A stretch of 64,000 bases of DNA from Elusimicrobiota bacterium (GTDB lineage: Bacteria > CG03 > SLGR01 > PWQF01), in contig PWOI01000179.1 of NCBI GenBank assembly GCA_003557485.1, forward strand, positions 13,789-77,788, written 5' to 3'. The position numbers and the translations under genes were made by a program. The notes below the pieces were generated by a model, which saw nothing but the letters and a program-made list of their open reading frames with translations, was not told the DNA's origin and did no database searches. Below, in pieces: positions 8,739-16,726 of this stretch. The number at the start of each line of letters is the position of its first letter. The stretch's first letter is position 1.

Positions 8739-10646
8739 ATGAATAAAATGATAAAAGTTCTGGTACTTCTTATGGCGCCCCTTTTTCTGGGCGCCTCTGA
8801 TTTTATGGACTATACAACTTTAATGAATCAGAAAATGGAAACCGAGAGGCGCCTTGAAGACCATCTGCAGGGAATTGTTTCCAGAATAGTCGGGGAAGGA
8901 CGTTCCACAGTTTTAGTCAGCGTAAATCTTTCCGACCTGAGCCGCAGCCGTGAAACTGTAGAAGAATGGCTTGAGCGGGGTGAGGATGCCGAAAGGCGGC
9001 TTCCGATGCGGGAAGAATACCTTCCCGGTATACCCCGCAGGGAAGATATGGCAGAAAGAGAAACGGAAGTCGCCGAGCGGGCCGGTGGAAAACGCCTCCA
9101 GGACGTAATAACTCTGCCTTCGGAATTTATAGAGAGTATGCGCATAAGCCTTATACTTGATTCCACTATATCCGAGACTGTAATCGCAACGGTGGAAAAC
9201 GTTATAACCGAGGTTATGGACCTGGATGCAGCCCGGGGCGATCGTTTAACTATACAGACAGTGGATTTTGCGGGTAGAACGGTAGATTTTATGGGTTTCC
9301 TATTTAATCCATATTTTTATGTTATATCCCTGGTACTTATAATTATAACCATACTCGCGCTTTTTCTTTTCGGGCCGCTGAAAAAATTTCTTTTCGCTAC
9401 TTTACAGACGATGAAAGACTTAAAAGGAATGAAGAGCGAAACCGAATACTCAGGAGGCGGGGGCGGGGGCGGGGGCGGATTTGGCATAACGCCGGACGGC
9501 GAAATTGAAATGGAAGAAGAGATAGAAGAAGATGAAGAATTGAAAGAGGGGGAAGAAGCAGATATAGAAGGCGAAGAAGAAGACGAGGAGTTTAAAAAGA
9601 TGACATATATACCGCTTAAGTTTCTGGAAAACAAGGATTTGAAGAAACTGGCTTACCTTTTAAGTTTTGAAAAACCGGAAGTAGGGGCTCTTCTTCTTAA
9701 ATATCTTTCGCCTCCGCGCGCTGCAAAAGTCCTCAGCTCAATTCCGGGAGAAGAAAGAACTATAGGAATAACAAGGGAGATTGTAAAATTTCAGAGAACT
9801 TCTAAGGAGGTCATGCAGAAAATAGATGAGTTTCTTAGCAGAAAAATAGATTACATTGCCGGCGGCGCCGAAAGTCTTGTGGAAATGATTGAAATGATGG
9901 ATGAAGAAAAAAGAGAGCAGCTCCTAAACCAGATTTCTTCTGAGGATCCTGAATTTGCCGAAAAAATTAAAAAGCGTATTTTCAGTTTTGAAAATATTGT
10001 AAATATGGATGACCCGTCCATACAGACACTAATACAGGAAATGGAGACTGCCGACCTTGGCGCAGCCCTTAAAAATGTATCTGAAGAAGTAAGAAACAAA
10101 TTTGTTTCCAATATGAGCGAAGGTGCGGCTGCTCTTTTAAAAGAGGAAATAGAATTTGGAAAGAAAATGACCGAGGAGCAGATAAAACAGAAACAAATGG
10201 AAGTTGTCGCAAAAATAAAAGATCTGGAGACGTCCGGCTCAATAGCACCCGTGACCGGCGCATCCAAAGAGGAATTATGGGTGGAAGAGCTGGGTGAGGG
10301 AGAAAAAGAAGGAGTTCTTGAGGAAATTATAAAGGCGGCCCAGGAAGCTTACGATAAGAAACAGGAACTTGAAGCTGCTGAGGCTGCCGGCCGTCAGGAT
10401 GATGAAGCTGCATTTGAAAGCTACCGTAAAGGTTTGGAACTCTATAAACACCAGGATTACGATAATGCAATAAAAGAGTTTAATAAATCCATTGCCTCCA
10501 ATCCATCCCTGTGGCAGAGCTATCAATATATAGGTTCCTGCTATCTTGCGCTCGATAATCAGGATGGAGCTAAAAAAGCCTACCGAAAAGCCCTTGAGCT
10601 TAATCCGTCAAACGAGCAGCTCAGGCAATGGTTGGAAAGTCATTGA
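8739..10646 (+). CDS. Membrane-anchored FliG-like protein (635 aa): signal/TM N-terminus, internal TM helix, poly-Gly and acidic linker, FliG middle/C-terminal-like domain, C-terminal TPR repeats
   Basis: Residues about 290-500 align with the FliG M/C pattern (KIKKRIFSFENIVNMDDPSIQTLIQEMETADLGAALKNVSEEVRNKFVSNMSEGAAALLKEEIEFGKKMTEEQIKQKQMEVVAKIKDLETSGSI versus FliG F-x-F-E-D-I...DDRAIQ...L-A-L-K-G-A-S-E-E...NMS-x-R-A-A-E-L-L-R-E-D...EEAQ-x-x-I...EEGEI). Hydrophobic segment FYVISLVLIIITILALFLFGPL. GGGGGGGGGFG and an E-rich run. TPRs at the end. Confidence 0.7.
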   Translation: MNKMIKVLVLLMAPLFLGASDFMDYTTLMNQKMETERRLEDHLQGIVSRIVGEGRSTVLVSVNLSDLSRSRETVEEWLERGEDAERRLPMREEYLPGIPRREDMAERETEVAERAGGKRLQDVITLPSEFIESMRISLILDSTISETVIATVENVITEVMDLDAARGDRLTIQTVDFAGRTVDFMGFLFNPYFYVISLVLIIITILALFLFGPLKKFLFATLQTMKDLKGMKSETEYSGGGGGGGGGFGITPDGEIEMEEEIEEDEELKEGEEADIEGEEEDEEFKKMTYIPLKFLENKDLKKLAYLLSFEKPEVGALLLKYLSPPRAAKVLSSIPGEERTIGITREIVKFQRTSKEVMQKIDEFLSRKIDYIAGGAESLVEMIEMMDEEKREQLLNQISSEDPEFAEKIKKRIFSFENIVNMDDPSIQTLIQEMETADLGAALKNVSEEVRNKFVSNMSEGAAALLKEEIEFGKKMTEEQIKQKQMEVVAKIKDLETSGSIAPVTGASKEELWVEELGEGEKEGVLEEIIKAAQEAYDKKQELEAAEAAGRQDDEAAFESYRKGLELYKHQDYDNAIKEFNKSIASNPSLWQSYQYIGSCYLALDNQDGAKKAYRKALELNPSNEQLRQWLESH

Positions 10647-10709
10647 AAGCGAAAATAGAATGCAGAACTTGAAAAAAAATAAATACTGTATTAGTACTTT
10701 ACAATTCTT

Positions 10710-13700
10710 ATGAATCCTGAAAACAACCAAAATCATAATAAAGGGCAGGGACTTCCCGGACCGCCTCCGCCTCCCTTTTCGGGAGATGCCGGGAAGAATC
10801 CTTCGCCCGGAATACCGGATATGCCGCCAATTCCCGGCTCTGCGCCACCCCCTCAGTCTATTGATGATGTTTTTACTCCTCAGGACCCCGGCATGGCAAA
10901 AGAAAAAAAACGTCCTTCTGAGAGAGAGAAACAGATTGAAGAAGAAATTTCCAGGCTGGACAGCCGTATGGAAAAAGAACGGCTTCAGCTGATGGAAAGG
11001 CTTAAGGAAAAAGAAAACGAAAACCTACGCCTGCAGGAACAGTTTCTTGAAAAAGAAAAAGAGGATGCCCGCCGTAAAAAGGAAGAGTTTGATAGATTGA
11101 AAGAAAAGCTTCATGAACAGTTTGTCGAAAAGGAAAATAAACTTAAAGAGGAAAGAGAACAGTGGCGCAGAGAGCTTGACGAAATAAGAAAAGAAAACAG
11201 AAGCAGACTTGCCCTTGAGCAGACGCAGAACCAGATCCGCATAGAGGCCCAGCAGCAGGCTCGCGAAGAATTTCAGCAACAGATGAAAGAAATGAAAAAG
11301 GAGCTTGAAAATGCCCGCCGCCGCGCTTACGAAGAGGCAATTAAACACAAGGAAGAAGAGAAAAATTCCATTAAGGTAGAGCAGGCCCTTAAAGAGGTCC
11401 TCCAATCAACTTCAATGAGCCAGAAAGCCGAGCAGGTTGAAAAGGAAAAAGAAAAACTCCGCGAAGAACTTTATCATCTTGAAAAAGAACTGGCATCCCA
11501 GAAAATTAATATGACTCGCAAGCTGCAGGAGAGCGAGAATTTAAGAGACAATATCAGGCTTGACTATCATAATAGGATCCGTGAAAGCCGGAGTCAGTAT
11601 GAAAGTAAAATTGCAGAGTTGAGAGAGACTGCTTCCGAGCTTGGCAATAAACTCTGGCAGGCCCGGAACAGCTATGAGAACAAAAAGGAGCTGTGGGAAG
11701 AAAGGGTCCGGGAAAATATTCAGGAAAAGGAAAATCTTACACTGCAGTACCAGAAACAGATAAGCGAACTCAGACTTGAATATGAACAGAAAATTACCGA
11801 TGCGTTAAGCGCAAAAGAATCTGCAGAAAACAGGTATTGGGGAATTAAGGAAAAATTTGATGAGCAAACGGTTGAGCTTAATTCGCGTATTAAAGAACTT
11901 GAAAAAGAGAAAGACCTTATAGAAAAAGAATACGGAATGAAAGTCGCCTCTCTTGAAAGCGCCCTTAATGAAGAGAAAGCCGAACTTGCTGCCCAGAAAA
12001 AGATAAGCGAGGAAAGACTTAACCGAATTAACGATGAACTTCACGCAAAGGAGAACAGGTATAAGGAAAAAATAAGCGATATAGAAATAAATTATTCCGA
12101 AAAAATCCAGAATATAAAAGAAAAATATAAATCCGGCCTTTCTGAAAATGAAAGAGAAATAGAAAAGCTTAAGGCGCTTCTGAAGGAAAGCCGTGAGAAA
12201 TTATCACAGAATTCCGGAGGATCTCACCGGGATTTTGAAAACAGCAAAAAAGAGGTAGAAGAAGCCCGCCGTCTAATGGAGAAGGAAAAGAACAGGTTCA
12301 ATTTCCGGCTCAGAGAAATAGAGAATGATTATGAAAAGCGTCTCTCTGAACTTAAAGTTAAAAACAGCCGTCTTGAATCAAGGATATCAGCCCTTGAAGA
12401 AAAAAGAGAGACCTCTATAGATAAATATAACGACAAGATAGAAGAACTCAACGGAAAAATAAATGAACTTAAAATTGAAAACGCAGCTTTACAGGGAGAT
12501 TTACTGAAAACCGAGAGGCAGATTGAGAGTTCCGACAGAGCTTTAGAGGATATGGCCCGCAAAAATGCCGAAATTCACCACCGCCTTGTCAGCAGCCGAA
12601 AAGAAAATGATGAGGACATTTACCGGTTGAGAGAAGAAATAAATTCTCTGCGCAGGGAAAAAACCGAAGCTCTTCTAAGGATTGAGAACGAGCATTCCAG
12701 GGAATCGGAACTCTATGAGAACCAGCTTCTTCAGGCGCGCAGGGCAACAGAGGATCTCAGGCGCGAAAAAGACCGGCAGATAGATTCAATTAAACAGCAG
12801 TTTGATAATTACAGAAAGAACTTTCAGTGGCTTAAACAGGAGTGGCAGCAGCAAAAAGAAGAACTCCGGGAAAATTTCAGCGTGAAGGAAAAGGGATATG
12901 AAAATGAGATAAAACAGCTTGAATCGGCTCTGAGCGAAGTGCAGAAACTGAAAACACATTCTGAAAGTGAACTTAACGCTGAAATTGAAGCTGTCAGGAA
13001 GGAAAAACAATCCCTGCAGGAAAAATTTGAATCAAAAATTCAGCAGATGAGGGATGAATTTGCAGCTAAAAAGACGGATCTTTATGAAAAACTGAATGAA
13101 AAACAAAGGAATATAAGCGAATTGGAAGCCCGTCTGGATACAGAAAGAGTTGACTATACAGCCCGGATCCAGCAAGCGGAAAAAGAGAAAACTGCTGTTT
13201 TGCGGGAAAAAGAGATCCTTGATGTAGAAACTGAAAAACTGAAAAAAGAGACTCATAGCCTCCAGCTCAGGTACGAAAGAGAAGCAGAAGAAAACCGTAA
13301 ACTGAGAGAGGCTCTTCATCATGGTGAAAAGAAGTACAGAAACGAAATAGGAAAGCTTAAGGAATACTACGAGAAAAACCTTGAATCCCTTCGCAGAAGG
13401 CAGGATGGTATTGCAAATGTAGAGTATGACAGCCTTGATACTGAGAATAGAGAATTGAAGCATCAGCTTAAGTCTGCTGAATCTGAGATAAGCCGGCTTA
13501 AGTCACAGCTTGTAGAAAAAGAAGAGGCTCAGGAAAAAATACAGGCTGAAATAGATAAATATACAGCAGAAATTGATGACCTTACACAGGAATTGAAGCA
13601 AAGACAGTCTGTTATTGAACAACTTGAACGGAAAGTTTCTGATATTGATGATTCGCAGGCTGTGCAGGAGGATATAAGCCAGCTTAAAAAAGAAAACAGC

Positions 13701-14618
13701 GAATTAACCGGACATTTGGAAGAATCATTGCGGGAAAGGGATATTCTTAAAGAGAAAAATGCCAGCCTTTTGTCGGAAAATGAAGCTAAAAAGCAGCAAA
13801 TAGAACAGCTTTCCCTTAAACTTGAGGAAAAAGAAAGCCAAATAGGCCAGCTTCAAGGTAAAATTCCCGGAGAAGATATTATATCCGGTAAGAATGAGGA
13901 AATAGCAGAACTTGAAGATGAAATTAAAGAGCTAAGGTCCGCCCTTTCGGATTCTGAATCTAAAATAAAGCAGCTTTCAGAGGCTGCATCCCGTGCGGAT
14001 TCTCTTATGGACAGCAAAAAAGAGATAGAAGAACTTTCCGCTTCACTTGCGGAAAAACATTTGAAAGAAATTGAAGAGAAAGAAAGAATTATAGAAGAAT
14101 TAAGAAAAGAACTTGAGGAGTCCCTTGAAGAACTTGAAGAGAGGGAGCAGCAGCCTGTGACCGATGGGCTTAAATCTGAAAGGCTGCAGGTTCTTGCCGG
14201 GGAGAATGCTGAACTCAAGGAAAAAATAAGAGAATTGGAGTCTCAGCTTGAGATAGGAATGGAGCAGCTTCGCAGTGAGAAGATGGTTCCGGAATATGAT
14301 ACAGAAAAAACAGACGAAAAAATAAAGCAAATCAATGAAAAATGGAGGAAAAAATGGGCCGGCCGCGAACAGAAAGTAAAAGATTTCATATCACAGGCAA
14401 AAGCCAGGCACAGCCAGCTTAAAGACAAGCTTCAGGTTGCTCTTGAAGACCAGAAAATTCTTTCACAGCTTGCAGAAAAGGAAAAACAACAGAAACAGAA
14501 GCTTGCTTCAGAGCAGGCCGAACTTATAAAAGAGCTTCAGGAAAGCAACAGGTCTTTTGTCAGTAAAATACTTGCCAAACTGAAAAAAGGCGGGCCTAAA
14601 GGCGTACTCATCCTTTAA
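10710..14618 (+). CDS. Giant coiled-coil protein (1302 aa): Pro-rich N-terminus followed by about 1200 aa of E/K/R/Q-rich heptad-like sequence
   Basis: Continuous ORF with a strong purine-rich coding strand. N-terminal PGPPPPPFSGD...PPIPGSAPPP. The remainder is low-complexity, charged and predicted alpha-helical. No enzymatic motif recognised. Confidence 0.7.
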   Translation: MNPENNQNHNKGQGLPGPPPPPFSGDAGKNPSPGIPDMPPIPGSAPPPQSIDDVFTPQDPGMAKEKKRPSEREKQIEEEISRLDSRMEKERLQLMERLKEKENENLRLQEQFLEKEKEDARRKKEEFDRLKEKLHEQFVEKENKLKEEREQWRRELDEIRKENRSRLALEQTQNQIRIEAQQQAREEFQQQMKEMKKELENARRRAYEEAIKHKEEEKNSIKVEQALKEVLQSTSMSQKAEQVEKEKEKLREELYHLEKELASQKINMTRKLQESENLRDNIRLDYHNRIRESRSQYESKIAELRETASELGNKLWQARNSYENKKELWEERVRENIQEKENLTLQYQKQISELRLEYEQKITDALSAKESAENRYWGIKEKFDEQTVELNSRIKELEKEKDLIEKEYGMKVASLESALNEEKAELAAQKKISEERLNRINDELHAKENRYKEKISDIEINYSEKIQNIKEKYKSGLSENEREIEKLKALLKESREKLSQNSGGSHRDFENSKKEVEEARRLMEKEKNRFNFRLREIENDYEKRLSELKVKNSRLESRISALEEKRETSIDKYNDKIEELNGKINELKIENAALQGDLLKTERQIESSDRALEDMARKNAEIHHRLVSSRKENDEDIYRLREEINSLRREKTEALLRIENEHSRESELYENQLLQARRATEDLRREKDRQIDSIKQQFDNYRKNFQWLKQEWQQQKEELRENFSVKEKGYENEIKQLESALSEVQKLKTHSESELNAEIEAVRKEKQSLQEKFESKIQQMRDEFAAKKTDLYEKLNEKQRNISELEARLDTERVDYTARIQQAEKEKTAVLREKEILDVETEKLKKETHSLQLRYEREAEENRKLREALHHGEKKYRNEIGKLKEYYEKNLESLRRRQDGIANVEYDSLDTENRELKHQLKSAESEISRLKSQLVEKEEAQEKIQAEIDKYTAEIDDLTQELKQRQSVIEQLERKVSDIDDSQAVQEDISQLKKENSELTGHLEESLRERDILKEKNASLLSENEAKKQQIEQLSLKLEEKESQIGQLQGKIPGEDIISGKNEEIAELEDEIKELRSALSDSESKIKQLSEAASRADSLMDSKKEIEELSASLAEKHLKEIEEKERIIEELRKELEESLEELEEREQQPVTDGLKSERLQVLAGENAELKEKIRELESQLEIGMEQLRSEKMVPEYDTEKTDEKIKQINEKWRKKWAGREQKVKDFISQAKARHSQLKDKLQVALEDQKILSQLAEKEKQQKQKLASEQAELIKELQESNRSFVSKILAKLKKGGPKGVLIL

Positions 14619-14622
14619 AAAA

Positions 14623-14850
14623 ATGATAAATGTGACCAAATTAAACGGCGATGGTATAATCCTTAACGCCGAACTTATAGAAACGGTTGAATCGCGCCCC
14701 GACACTCTTATAACCCTTACTACTGGAAATAAAATTATGGTAAAGGAAAAAGTTGAGGATATAATAAAAAGGGTTGAGGATTATAAAAGGCAGGTAAATA
14801 TGCTTACCCGAGAGAAGCTTAGTGCGTTGCTCAGGGAAGAAGAGGAATAA
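14623..14850 (+). CDS. flbD: FlbD-family flagellar-type protein (75 aa)
   Basis: MINVTKLNGDGIILNAELIETVESRPDTLITLTTGNKIMVKEKVEDIIKRVEDYKRQV matches the FlbD pattern (I-x-L-T-R-L-N-G-x-x-F-x-L-N-A-D-L-I-E-T-I-E-x-T-P-D-T-V-I-T-L-x-N-G-K-K-Y-x-V-K-E). Conserved flbD-motA-motB order. Confidence 0.7.
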   Translation: MINVTKLNGDGIILNAELIETVESRPDTLITLTTGNKIMVKEKVEDIIKRVEDYKRQVNMLTREKLSALLREEEE

Positions 14851-14853
14851 ATT

Positions 14854-15711
14854 ATGGACCTGACGACAGTAATAGGGCTTTCCGGAGGCATTATAATAGT
14901 TTTTACAGCGGTTGCTCTCCGTGGTGGTATGGCAGGCCTGCAGGGGTTTCTGGATATGCCTTCCGCTATGATTACTTACGGGGGAACCTTTGCCGCTCTT
15001 ATGGTGAACTATCCGATAGATAAAGTTGTAAAAGCCTTTAAAGTCGTCAAAAAAGTATTTACCGAACAGCAGGACGACCCTAACGATTATATTGAAAAAT
15101 TCCGCCAGCTGATTATCAAAGCCTCAAAACAGGGAGTTCTTTCCCTTGAGGAAGATATAAAAAAAATGGACAACGAATTTTTAAGAAATGGAGTTAAAAT
15201 GGTCATGGACGGCCAGAGCCAGGAGCATATAGAAGAAGAAATGGAGACTGAACTGGCATTTACCAGGGAAAGGCATAAAATAGGCCAGGAAATTTTTGTG
15301 ACACTTGGCACTTACTCCCCTGCGTTCGGTATGATAGGGACTATTATGGGTCTTATCCTGATGCTAGCCGACCTTCAGGATACTGCCCAGATAGCTGCCG
15401 GTATGGCGGTAGCTCTATTGACAACCTTTTACGGCGCCCTTGGCGCTTATCTTATTTTTCTTCCCATCGCCGGCAAGCTGAAAAGGCGTTCGGAAGAGGA
15501 GCTTTTTCTTAAAAGTGTCATAACCAGAGGCGTCATGTCCCTTCATGCGGGAGAGGTTCCTTCAATAGCGGTAGCTAAACTGCGCGCGTATATACCGAGA
15601 TCCTCTTTTATGGAGCCTTCCGGCACAAAAAAAGGGAAGGCTGACGAAAAAGAAGAAGGAAACAAGAAGAAAAAAACAAAGGTAAAATACCGTAAAAAGA
15701 AGAAGAAATGA
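14854..15711 (+). CDS. motA: MotA/TolQ/ExbB-family proton-channel stator subunit (MotA-like, 285 aa) with Lys-rich C-terminal tail
   Basis: MDLTTVIGLSGGIIIVFTAVAL...ITYGGTFAALMV N-terminal TM pair. C-terminal TM pair with the LGTYSPAFGMIGTIMGLI...LLTTFYGALGAYLIFLPIAGKL signature. Tail KKGKADEKEEGNKKKKTKVKYRKKKKK. Confidence 0.85.
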   Translation: MDLTTVIGLSGGIIIVFTAVALRGGMAGLQGFLDMPSAMITYGGTFAALMVNYPIDKVVKAFKVVKKVFTEQQDDPNDYIEKFRQLIIKASKQGVLSLEEDIKKMDNEFLRNGVKMVMDGQSQEHIEEEMETELAFTRERHKIGQEIFVTLGTYSPAFGMIGTIMGLILMLADLQDTAQIAAGMAVALLTTFYGALGAYLIFLPIAGKLKRRSEEELFLKSVITRGVMSLHAGEVPSIAVAKLRAYIPRSSFMEPSGTKKGKADEKEEGNKKKKTKVKYRKKKKK

Positions 15712-16562
15712 GCAAAATTGCCGCATTTAAGAGGAGTCTTCCTAAAGACGAGGGGGATATTGAGGTCGGTAAAGGCTCCCCCCCGTGGATGACTACTTAT
15801 GGAGACCTTGTTACCCAGCTCCTGATTTTTTTTGTTATGATGTTTGCGCTTGCCGCCACGCTCAATGAGCTGCAGTTGATAAGCATAAAACGCAGAATTG
15901 AGAACTACGCATACCAGAACCAGCTTGGCCATCTTATAATGCTCGATATTAACCCCAAAGGATTGGTAATAACCCTTAGCGAAAAAATGATGTTTGATTC
16001 CGGCCAGGCCGAGATATATGAGGATGCAAAAGCCATTCTCTCCGCAATAGCAGGTGAAATAATAGATGTACCCAATCCTGTCAGAATTGAAGGTCATACG
16101 GATAGCGTACCCATCAGTACAGATAGGTTTCCTTCCAACTGGGAACTGTCAACAGCCCGGGCGACAAATGTAGCAAGATATCTTGTAGAGAACCTGGAAT
16201 TTCCGCCTGACCGGATAGCTGCCGGGGGGTACAGTAAATACCATCCTGCGGTAGGAACGGAAATTGAAGATGAAATATTCAACTACAAGTTAAAAGTAAG
16301 AGAGGTTCCACAGCATTATTCCCTTGAGCTCAGGCGCGCATCCACTCCGGAGGAGGAAGACCTGGTTATGTTGAGAATAAGAGAAGAACAGCTTGAGATA
16401 CAACGGGAAATGCAGGGAATAATTATGGAGCATATACGTATTGCAAACCTTGATGCGGACAGAAGAGCCCGGAACAGGAGGGTTGACATAATAGTGGAGA
16501 GGATAGGCACTACTGTTGAAAGAAGAACGGATATCGCGGCGCCTGTTGCCGTTTCTCATTAG
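15708..16562 (+). CDS. motB: MotB-like stator subunit with OmpA-type peptidoglycan-binding domain (284 aa)
   Basis: PPWMTTYGDLVTQLLIFFVMMFALAA plug/TM motif. IEGHTDSVPI...FPSNWELSTARATNVARYLV...NRRVDIIV OmpA-like domain. Start overlaps the motA stop (ATGA). Confidence 0.85.
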   Translation: MSKIAAFKRSLPKDEGDIEVGKGSPPWMTTYGDLVTQLLIFFVMMFALAATLNELQLISIKRRIENYAYQNQLGHLIMLDINPKGLVITLSEKMMFDSGQAEIYEDAKAILSAIAGEIIDVPNPVRIEGHTDSVPISTDRFPSNWELSTARATNVARYLVENLEFPPDRIAAGGYSKYHPAVGTEIEDEIFNYKLKVREVPQHYSLELRRASTPEEEDLVMLRIREEQLEIQREMQGIIMEHIRIANLDADRRARNRRVDIIVERIGTTVERRTDIAAPVAVSH

Positions 16563-16606
16563 AATTGTGATTTGCAAAAGTTGGAAAATTTTATTATAAG
16601 TGCTAT

Positions 16607-16660
16607 ATGACGGTTAGATATATAAGTATTACAGAAATGAACTGGTGGTGGCCCATGTAG
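16607..16660 (+). CDS. Candidate trp-operon leader peptide MTVRYISITEMNWWWPM (17 aa) with three consecutive Trp codons. An internal ATG at 16637 would give MNWWWPM.
   Basis: In-frame ATG...TGG TGG TGG CCC ATG TAG, located 95 nt upstream of trpE and directly followed by alternative hairpins and two terminators. Confidence 0.5.
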   Translation: MTVRYISITEMNWWWPM

Positions 16661-16692
16661 GGAGCGCTGCCGTGTCTTTATTTTTTAATCAG

Positions 16693-16720
16693 CGGCGCGC
16701 CCTCTGGCGGCCGTTTTTTT
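16693..16720 (+). terminator. Attenuator terminator 1: GC-rich 8-bp stem (one bulge), CTCT loop, U7
   Basis: cggc(g)cgcc-ctct-ggcggccg followed by ttttttt (16714-16720). Confidence 0.5.
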
Positions 16721-16726
16721 ATTTAG

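Noticed and set aside
11025-14705. Multiple minus-strand ORFs (60-143 aa) within the giant coiled-coil gene
   Set aside because: They are antisense artefacts of the GAA/AAG-rich sense strand. The translations are Phe/Leu/Ser low-complexity.
7131-16562. Interpreting the locus simply as a fragment of a conventional flagellar gene cluster
   Set aside because: This is not fully rejected. The flbD-motA-motB order is flagellar-like. The counter-evidence is the FliG-like protein's membrane-anchored, TPR-tailed architecture, the outer-membrane barrel and coiled-coil partners, the absence of fliL/M/N after motB, and the T9SS context. Excluding the flagellar reading needs genome-wide data.
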